Assembly (NCBI GenBank): GCA_963752475.1
Contig: CAVVYR010000008.1
Coordinates: 128,001-192,000 of the forward strand
From: an uncultured Chloroflexia bacterium
Lineage (GTDB): Bacteria; Chloroflexota; Limnocylindria; Limnocylindrales; CSP1-4
Direction: 5' to 3'
Length of the DNA stretch: 64,000 nucleotides
This document shows positions 57,288-64,000 of this stretch, one piece after another. The stretch's first letter is position 1. The number at the start of each line of letters is the position of its first letter. Both the position numbers and the translations under genes were made by a program. The notes under the pieces were generated by a model that was not told where the DNA came from, did not search any database, and worked only from the letters and a program-made list of their open reading frames with translations.

Positions 57288-58417
57288 AGTGCCTCCACCC
57301 TCCTTCGGAGTACGAACCAGCCGGCGGCGAAGATGATCACGCACCAGACCGTGGACATGAGCAGGTAGCCGGCGCTGTCGGCCCAGCCCTCGCCGTAGGC
57401 CGTGACGCCGACGATGGTCTCGATGAAGCCGTAGGTCGGCAGGAACTGCACCCAGACCGAGGCCGCACCAGGGAACAGTGCGGAGACGGCAGGCACGGCC
57501 ATGGGGATGATGAAGACCATGCTGATGAAGATCGTGGTCATGAAGTCACGCCCGGCCGAACCGGCAAGCATGCCGAAGCCGGCGGTCATGACCGAGCCGA
57601 TGAGCAGCGCCAGCACCAGCAGCAACGGCTCGTGGCCGAAAGCGCCCACAAGCAGCAGCACGAGCCCCGCCTGGGTGAAGGCCAGGATCGTACCGGTCAG
57701 GCCCTTGGCGCTGAGCAGGTCGCCCACCGAAGCGGGTGAGGCCACCACGGCCTTGGCCGTGCGGCTCTGGATCTCGACGGCCACCAGGCCGGCCAGGGCC
57801 ATCGACTCCACCAGCAACACCATCACCGCGATGAGCGGCGTCAGACGGTCCTGCGGCGTGATCTGGGTACCGACGCGGTCCTCGCCCACGACGATGAGCT
57901 CCTGTTCGGGCTGCGTCACCGGCAGGTCCACGCCGGCCATGGCGTAGGTGGCCTCGCGCACGAAGGCATCCATGGCCGTCTGCACCTCGGCCGGCACCGA
58001 GGCGTCGACATAGATGGTCACGGTCGCGGACTCGCCGGCCGCGAGTGAGGCGGCGAGCTCATCAGGGAACGAGATGCCGATGTCGAGGGCGTGCTTCTGG
58101 CCGTCGATCTCGACCTCGCCCCCTTCGACGACAGCGGTCTCGAGCGCCTCGGGGCTCTCGAAGGGCACGACCTCGAGTGCGGCATCGGTCGGCACGGCGT
58201 CGGAGTCGAAGGCTTCGGCGAAGGAGCCGGTCAGACCGCGGGCGTAGACGCCCACCTTGATGGACTCGTCGACCGTGTTGGGCAGCAGCCACAGGATGCC
58301 CACGTAGAACACCAGCATCAGCGGCGTGAGCACCATCCACAGCCGGTCGCGGCTGAACTCGCGCAGATCCTTGGCCACGATCGCGCGCACGATCGCGCCG
58401 CGTCGGGAGAGGGTCAT
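57284..58417 (-). CDS. ABC-2 type exporter permease
   Basis: Paralog of the neighbouring permease (KDLREF, EIQSRT...ASP, LPTY). Confidence 0.85.
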   Translation of the reverse strand: MTLSRRGAIVRAIVAKDLREFSRDRLWMVLTPLMLVFYVGILWLLPNTVDESIKVGVYARGLTGSFAEAFDSDAVPTDAALEVVPFESPEALETAVVEGGEVEIDGQKHALDIGISFPDELAASLAAGESATVTIYVDASVPAEVQTAMDAFVREATYAMAGVDLPVTQPEQELIVVGEDRVGTQITPQDRLTPLIAVMVLLVESMALAGLVAVEIQSRTAKAVVASPASVGDLLSAKGLTGTILAFTQAGLVLLLVGAFGHEPLLLVLALLIGSVMTAGFGMLAGSAGRDFMTTIFISMVFIIPMAVPAVSALFPGAASVWVQFLPTYGFIETIVGVTAYGEGWADSAGYLLMSTVWCVIIFAAGWFVLRRRVEAL

Positions 58418-59298
58418 GCCTCGAGTGTCCGACCCGTCATCTCGACGAAGATGTTCTCCAGGGTCGATTCCTCCGTGTGGATGGTCATGAGCCCGTCGGC
58501 CTGGACGGCAGCGCGCAACTGCTCGCCGACCGCTGGGTCATCGAGCGCGTAACTCTCCTCGGCCACGCCGCCACCGTCCCGGCGGCGCACCTTGACCGAG
58601 CGCTGCCCGTGCTGCAGCTTCAGGTTCTCGGGCGTGTCGATGGCGTAGATCCGGCCCTCGTTGATGAAGGCCACACGGTGGCTGAGCTCATCCGCCTCCC
58701 ACATGTCATGGGTCGTCAGCAGCACGGCGGCGCCACGCGCGGCCTCCTCCCGGATGATGTTGCGGATGGCCTTCGACGAGACCGGGTCCAGGCCGTCGGT
58801 GGGCTCGTCGAGGAAGAGCACGCTGGGCTGGTGCAGGATCGAGCGCGCCACCATCAGCCGCTGGCGCATGCCCTTGGAGTACGAACCCACGCGGTCACCG
58901 GCCCGGTCGGCCAGCCCGACACGTTCGAGCAGGGCATCGGTGTCCACGCCGTCGACGCCGTAGAGCGAGGCGAAGAAGCGCAGGTTCTCCGTGCCCGACA
59001 TGGCCTCGTAGAGGTTCTTCTCCTCGAAGCAGACACCGATCCGGGCCTGCGCCTCGGCATCGTCACGGCCCACGTCCCGGCCCAGGATGCGCACCACGCC
59101 CGCCTTGGGCCGAAGCTGGCCGGTGAGCATCTTGATGGTCGTCGTCTTGCCGGCACCGTTGGGGCCGAGGAAGCCGAAGATCTCGCCAGGCGCGATGTCG
59201 AAGCTGATGCCCTTGACGGCCTCGTGGTCGCCGTAACTGAAGCGCAGGTCTTCCGCGCTGATGGCTGCGCCGTTCGCGGCGTCGGTAGGCTCCGGCAT
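58414..59298 (-). CDS. ABC exporter ATP-binding protein
   Basis: GPNGAGKT, YSKGMRQR, FLDEPT, TTH. Confidence 0.92.
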   Translation of the reverse strand: MPEPTDAANGAAISAEDLRFSYGDHEAVKGISFDIAPGEIFGFLGPNGAGKTTTIKMLTGQLRPKAGVVRILGRDVGRDDAEAQARIGVCFEEKNLYEAMSGTENLRFFASLYGVDGVDTDALLERVGLADRAGDRVGSYSKGMRQRLMVARSILHQPSVLFLDEPTDGLDPVSSKAIRNIIREEAARGAAVLLTTHDMWEADELSHRVAFINEGRIYAIDTPENLKLQHGQRSVKVRRRDGGGVAEESYALDDPAVGEQLRAAVQADGLMTIHTEESTLENIFVEMTGRTLEA

Positions 59299-59715
59299 CG
59301 ATCCTCCCTCTAGGGAATCGAGCCTCAGGCTACGCCCTTTGACGAGTGGCACGTAGTGCCATCTGGAACGACCGGAGCGGGTCCAAGGATGAGACCGCTA
59401 CCGCCAGCTGGCCGAGTCCGTGTAGTGGCCTGGCCCCTGAGGATCGGACATGGTGGCCGGGACGCACCCGGCCGTGTATCAGAGCGGGTCGTCGAGCGGC
59501 AACGAGAAGCTGCGATCGACGGTGTCGCTGGCCTCCAGATCGATGAGCGCCAGACCGGTCTCCGGGTCCTCCCGTCGCTGCAGGTGAGCCGGGGTCTCGG
59601 TGACGATCACCTCCAGGGTCGGGCGCCGACCCAGACACCAACACCGCATCCGCGGCGCTACCTGCCAGTGCGCACCATGGCCGCCGCCCACGGGCCGGTC
59701 CTGGTCTACTAGGAT

Positions 59716-60573
59716 TTGCGCGTGGAGAGTCTGCAGGAGGCTACGCGCTGGTTCGCTGACAACCTCTTATGGCTGGTCATCCTCGGCGGGGTGCTGGTGC
59801 TGGCCTACGCCTATAGCGGGTCGGTGGTGGACACCCTCGTTCGTCGCGCGCTGCGCGCCACGGAGGGTGACTTCACCGGCGCCGGCGTGGAAGACCACGA
59901 GCTCAGGAAGCGCTCGGCCACGATCGTGGCCTTGGTCACCACGCTCATCCGCATCGGCATCATCGCCGTGGCGGTGCTCATCTTCGTGGGCGTCACCGGC
60001 AGCGAATGGATACTCCTGCTCATCGGCCTCTTCATCGCGGGCATCACCATCGCGGGCCAGTCGATCGTGCTCGACTACCTCATGGGCATCCTCATCATCG
60101 TGGAAGGTCAGTACTTCCAGGGCGACAACATCGAGCTTGCCGACAAGCCCTGGAAGGGCACCGTCGAGAGCGTCGGGCTGCGGCGAACGGTCGTGCGCGA
60201 TGTGAACGGCACGGTCTACTCCATCTCCAACGGAGAGCTGCGCAGCGTGGCCAATCGCACCCGCATCTTCGCCGCGGCCGAGGTCCGCGTCCGTGGCATC
60301 CGCCAGGGCGACCTGGTCAGGGTGGCCGAGGTCATGGACCGCGTGGGCCGGGAGGTGGCGGCCGAGCGGGAGTTCGCCGAAGCCATCATCGAGGCGCCGG
60401 GCCTGGCTTTCGTGGACGACTCGGACGAGCTCGGCGCCATCGCGGTCATGCGCGGGAAGGTCGTGGCGGCCGATCGCTGGCGCATCTCGTCGGAACTGCG
60501 GCTGCGCCTCGATCAGGCCCTCAACGACGAGGGCATCGTCCTCGACCGCCTGACCCTGCAGCCAGGCTCCTGA
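59716..60573 (+). CDS. MscS-family mechanosensitive channel
   Basis: Three N-terminal TM segments, GQSIVLDYLMG, QYFQGD.I, GTVESVGLRRT, ISNG. Confidence 0.85.
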   Translation: MRVESLQEATRWFADNLLWLVILGGVLVLAYAYSGSVVDTLVRRALRATEGDFTGAGVEDHELRKRSATIVALVTTLIRIGIIAVAVLIFVGVTGSEWILLLIGLFIAGITIAGQSIVLDYLMGILIIVEGQYFQGDNIELADKPWKGTVESVGLRRTVVRDVNGTVYSISNGELRSVANRTRIFAAAEVRVRGIRQGDLVRVAEVMDRVGREVAAEREFAEAIIEAPGLAFVDDSDELGAIAVMRGKVVAADRWRISSELRLRLDQALNDEGIVLDRLTLQPGS

Positions 60574-60593
60574 AGCTTGACGGGTCCCACTCG

Positions 60594-60617
60594 TTCATGG
60601 CTAGATGTGGCCATGAA
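60594..60617 (+). promoter_or_regulatory. Operator palindrome over the antitoxin start codon
   Basis: TTCATGGC-N8-GCCATGAA; TTGACG at 60577. Confidence 0.55.
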
Positions 60618-60870
60618 GACCGTGAAGATCGCCGAGCTCAAAGACCACCTCTCGCGCCACCTGCGCGCGGTGGAAGCCGGCGCCGAGGTCACGGTCACGG
60701 ACCGAGATCGGCCCATCGCTCGTATCGTGCCCGTCAGGCCGGCGACCCCTGGCGTGAGCATCATCCCGGCCAGGACCGAGTTCGCGCCGGTACGTGACCG
60801 TCAGCGTCAGCCCGTGGAACTCGGCATCCCCTCGACCGAGCTGTTGCTCGAAGAGCGCGGGGACCGGTGA
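60613..60870 (+). CDS. Phd/YefM-family antitoxin
   Basis: MKTVKIAELKDHLSRHLRAVEAG.EVTVTDRDRPIARIVP. Confidence 0.88.
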   Translation: MKTVKIAELKDHLSRHLRAVEAGAEVTVTDRDRPIARIVPVRPATPGVSIIPARTEFAPVRDRQRQPVELGIPSTELLLEERGDR

Positions 60871-61280
60871 GGGCCTACGTCGATACGTCGGTCGTCCTGC
60901 GGGTGGCCTTCGCCGAACCCGATCGGCTCGAAGCCTGGTCGCAGATCACCCGGCCGCTCTCGAGCGAACTGCTGCGGATCGAGGCCCTGCGCACGTTGGA
61001 CCGCGCCCGCCTCCATGGGTCCCTCGCAGAGGAGGAAGTCGCACGCATCCGCGCAGACCTGCTCGAGATCATCGACTCATTCGAGTTGATCGAGCTCGAT
61101 GACCAGGTCAAGGTCCGTGCCGCGGAACCTTTCCCGACGATGCTGCGCACGCTTGATGCGATGCACCTGTCGAGCGCCCTGCTCGCGCGCGCGACAGAGG
61201 ATGACGAGACGGTCTTCGCGACGCACGATCGCGAGCTGGCCATCGCCGCCACGGCCGTTGGCTTCACGGTGCTGTCATGA
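60867..61280 (+). CDS. vapC: VapC-family PIN-domain toxin
   Basis: YVDTSV, IE, LRTLDAMHLSSA, THDREL. Confidence 0.88.
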   Translation: MRAYVDTSVVLRVAFAEPDRLEAWSQITRPLSSELLRIEALRTLDRARLHGSLAEEEVARIRADLLEIIDSFELIELDDQVKVRAAEPFPTMLRTLDAMHLSSALLARATEDDETVFATHDRELAIAATAVGFTVLS

Positions 61281-64000
61281 CGGCCGAGGTCCTGCCCGAG
61301 GAGGTCGAAGGTCGGCTGCGCATGATTCTCGGCGATCGTCTCCGCGACGACGCCGGCGCGCGGGCGCTCTTCGCATCCGATGCCTCGCTCTATCGAGCCC
61401 TGCCTGCCCTTGTGGCGGAGCCGGAGTCGACGGATGAGCTTGCCGCTGTCGTACGGGCCTGCGCGGAGGCAGGCGTATCGGTGACCATGAGGGGCGCCGG
61501 CACCAGCATCGCCGGCAATGCGCTGGGAGCGGGTGTGGTCGTCGCCACTCGCTCCCTGGCGCACATCGTGGAGCTGGACCCCGTCGCGGGCTACGCGGTC
61601 GTCGAACCCGGCGTGGTCCTGGACGATCTCAACGCCGCGGCTGCTCCCCACGGGCTGCGTGTCGGTCCCGACCCCTCGACTCACAGCCGCTGCACGCTCG
61701 GCGGGATGATCGGCAACAACGCCTGTGGCTCGCACTCGGTCATCTGGGGCACGACCGCACAGAACATCCTCGGCCTCGACGTCATCCGCTCCGACGGTAC
61801 GAAGTTGCGTCTGACCAGCCCGGGGGCACCGCCAAGGCCGGCCGACCCCGCGTGGCCAGAGCTCGACGGTCCCCTCGCCTACGAGCTACGCGCGTTCACC
61901 GCCGAGCACGAGGACCTCATCCGGCGCGAACTTCCGTCGTGGCCCCGCCGCGTCTCAGGCTTCGCGCTCGACTGGCTCCTGCCCGAACACGGACCAGACC
62001 ACGCCAAGGCGCTCGTGGGCACTGAGGGCACCTGCGCCATCGTGGCCCGAGCCGTGGTCCGGCTGGTACGCCCGCCGGCGTCACGTGCGCTGCTGGTCCT
62101 CGGCTTCGGCGACGATATCGAGGGCGCCGATGCGGTGCCGGCCCTGCTGACCGCTCAGCCGTTCACGGTCGAGTCGCTCTCAGCGGAGCTGCTGGCCCTG
62201 GCTCACGCGGAGGCGGCCGACGTCGGCCTCCCCGACGGCGGAGCCTGGCTGATGGTCGAGGCCCGGGCGGACGATGCCGCGGGTGCGCGTGCCCATGCGC
62301 GGGCCCTGGCCGCCACCATCGGCCGCGAGCTCGACGCACCCGACGTGCGCTTCATCGACGGGCCGGACGCACTCGCCGCCTTGTGGCGTATCCGAGAGGA
62401 TGGCGCCGGCCACTCGGCTCGCTTCGCCGACGGCACGAAGGGCTGGCCCGGGTTCGAGGACTCGGCCGTGCCGCCTGAACGCCTGGGCGCGTATCTGAAG
62501 GAGCTGCGCGCGCTGCTTGCCGAGCACGAGATGCAGGCCATCAGCTACGGCCACTACGGCGAGGGCTGCATCCACCTGCGCGTAGGCTTCGGCCTAGACG
62601 CGCCCGACGGGCCCCAGCGCTACGAGCGCTTCGTGTCAGACGCAGCCGACCTCGTCGTGCGCCACGGCGGCTCGTTGAGCGGCGAGCACGGTGACGGGCG
62701 CTCGCGTGGCCCGCTGCTTCAGCGGCAGTTCAGCCCTGAGCTCATCGAGGCCTTCGCCGCCTTCCGCAGGACCTGGGATCCGAGCGGCCGGCTCAACCCG
62801 CGCATCATCGTCGACCCACCGCCCATCACGGCCGACCTGCGCGCGACGGCGCCAACGCGCCTCACGACCGTCACCCAGCAGGCGTTCAGCGAGGACGGCG
62901 GTGACTTCCGTTCAGCGGTGGAGCGCTGCATCGGCGTCGGCCGCTGCGTCTCGGTGCAGGGAGTGGCACAGATGTGCCCCAGCTACCGGGCCACGCGCGA
63001 CGAGCAGCACTCCACGCGCGGCCGCGCGCGCCTGCTGCAGGAGATGATCGTGGGCGACCTGGCCGATGACGGCTGGCGCTCGACCGAAGTGCGGGACGCG
63101 CTGGACCTCTGCCTCAGCTGTCGCGGCTGCGTCAGTGAGTGCCCCACGGGCGTGGACATGGCCGCCTACAAGGCCGAGTTCCTCGATCACCACTATCGCC
63201 GCCGCTTGCGCCCGATGTCGCACTACTCGCTGGGCTGGCTGCCGGTCTGGCTCAAGCTCACCGCGCGCGTGCCGCGCCTGGTCAATGCCATCACCCAGCC
63301 ACGGCTATCGCGGCGCCTGTTCTCGAAGCTCGCTGGCATCGCCCCGTCGCGTGGCATCCCGCGCATCGCCCGGCGTACCTTCACGCGCGACTGGCGACCC
63401 CGCCCGCGGCCCGATGCAGCCAACGGCCGCGTGGTCCTGTGGCCGGATACGTACAACGACCACCTCACCCCGGAGGTCAGCCACGCCGCGGTTCGAGTGC
63501 TGGAGGATGCCGGCTACGAGGTCACGGTCCCGGCGCGCTGGGTCTGCGACGGGCTCACCTGGCACTCCACCGGACAGCTGGGCACCACCCGCCGTGTGCT
63601 GGAACGCTCCCTTGGCGCGCCCGAGCTGGGCGGCGACGAGCCCGTGTTGGTGCTGGAGCCCTCGAGCGCAACGATGCTCCGAGCCGACCTCCCGCAGCTA
63701 CTGCCCGATGACCCCCGAGCGGAGCGCCTGGCCAGACGCGTGACCACGCTGGCCGAGTTGCTCGACCGCGTGGGGTACGTGGCCCCGCCACAGCGCGGGG
63801 ACCAGGTCCCGGCCATCGCCCAGCCCCACTGCCACCAGCAGGCCGTGCTCGGGGTCGAGGCCGACCGACGTGTCTACGAGCGCAACGGCATCGCCATCGG
63901 TGAGGAACTCACCGGCTGCTGCGGCCTGGCCGGCAACTTCGGAGCGGAGGCCGGCCATGAAGAGGTGAGCCAGAAGGTGGCAGAGTTGTCGCTGGTGCCG
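61277..64000 (+). CDS. FAD-binding and Fe-S-binding oxidoreductase (GlcD/GlcF-like fusion), truncated by window edge
   Basis: Absent from the ORF track. One frame from ATG 61277 carries DASLY, RGAGTSIAG, GGMIGNNACG, GEHGDG, CIGVGRC, CLSCRGCVSECP and CCGLAGNFG. Confidence 0.9.
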   Translation, partial: MTAEVLPEEVEGRLRMILGDRLRDDAGARALFASDASLYRALPALVAEPESTDELAAVVRACAEAGVSVTMRGAGTSIAGNALGAGVVVATRSLAHIVELDPVAGYAVVEPGVVLDDLNAAAAPHGLRVGPDPSTHSRCTLGGMIGNNACGSHSVIWGTTAQNILGLDVIRSDGTKLRLTSPGAPPRPADPAWPELDGPLAYELRAFTAEHEDLIRRELPSWPRRVSGFALDWLLPEHGPDHAKALVGTEGTCAIVARAVVRLVRPPASRALLVLGFGDDIEGADAVPALLTAQPFTVESLSAELLALAHAEAADVGLPDGGAWLMVEARADDAAGARAHARALAATIGRELDAPDVRFIDGPDALAALWRIREDGAGHSARFADGTKGWPGFEDSAVPPERLGAYLKELRALLAEHEMQAISYGHYGEGCIHLRVGFGLDAPDGPQRYERFVSDAADLVVRHGGSLSGEHGDGRSRGPLLQRQFSPELIEAFAAFRRTWDPSGRLNPRIIVDPPPITADLRATAPTRLTTVTQQAFSEDGGDFRSAVERCIGVGRCVSVQGVAQMCPSYRATRDEQHSTRGRARLLQEMIVGDLADDGWRSTEVRDALDLCLSCRGCVSECPTGVDMAAYKAEFLDHHYRRRLRPMSHYSLGWLPVWLKLTARVPRLVNAITQPRLSRRLFSKLAGIAPSRGIPRIARRTFTRDWRPRPRPDAANGRVVLWPDTYNDHLTPEVSHAAVRVLEDAGYEVTVPARWVCDGLTWHSTGQLGTTRRVLERSLGAPELGGDEPVLVLEPSSATMLRADLPQLLPDDPRAERLARRVTTLAELLDRVGYVAPPQRGDQVPAIAQPHCHQQAVLGVEADRRVYERNGIAIGEELTGCCGLAGNFGAEAGHEEVSQKVAELSLVP

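Noticed and set aside
59479-59691. 70-aa minus-strand ORF (ETPAHLQRREDPETGLALIDL)
   Set aside because: The C-terminal part looks protein-like and may be a gene fragment, but I could not assign a family or a convincing start.

Overview
High-GC bacterial chromosomal window with about 65 protein-coding genes and no rRNA, tRNA, CRISPR array, transposase or integrase that I can support. The gene content (F420-type enzymes, an MDMPI protein, many apparently leaderless genes) suggests Chloroflexota or Actinomycetota; this is inference only. Left to right: FNT channel and MFS exporter; a thiol/sulfur block (CoA-disulfide reductase-rhodanese, cysE, cysK, DsbB/BdbC, ACR3); a block of secreted proteins around a NarL-type two-component system (four-domain cupredoxin, COG4315 protein, DUF2892, ECF sigma fused to a zinc anti-sigma motif, Ca-binding-repeat protein); dehydratase, cyclodeaminase and GDT1; AraC, NmrA and DUF1772; pgi; the first of three VapBC-type TA pairs; an orphan protein with R-S-E ADP-ribosyltransferase motifs; a GH13_18 phosphorylase; a ferric-reductase/FMN-binding/ApbE flavinylation operon; a polyol uptake and catabolism cluster; a sulfatase maturase; efflux and ABC systems; and a FAD/Fe-S oxidoreductase running off the right end. 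Several frameshifts cluster at 11-18 kb and may be sequencing errors. Best leads: (i) the orphan putative ADP-ribosyltransferase at 28700-29701; (ii) a bipartite motif TCGGACC-NN-GGTCCGA...GAC-N4-GCCCATTCC in front of two secreted-protein genes beside the NarL-type system, suggesting a local regulon. All calls come from motif recognition; no database searches were run.
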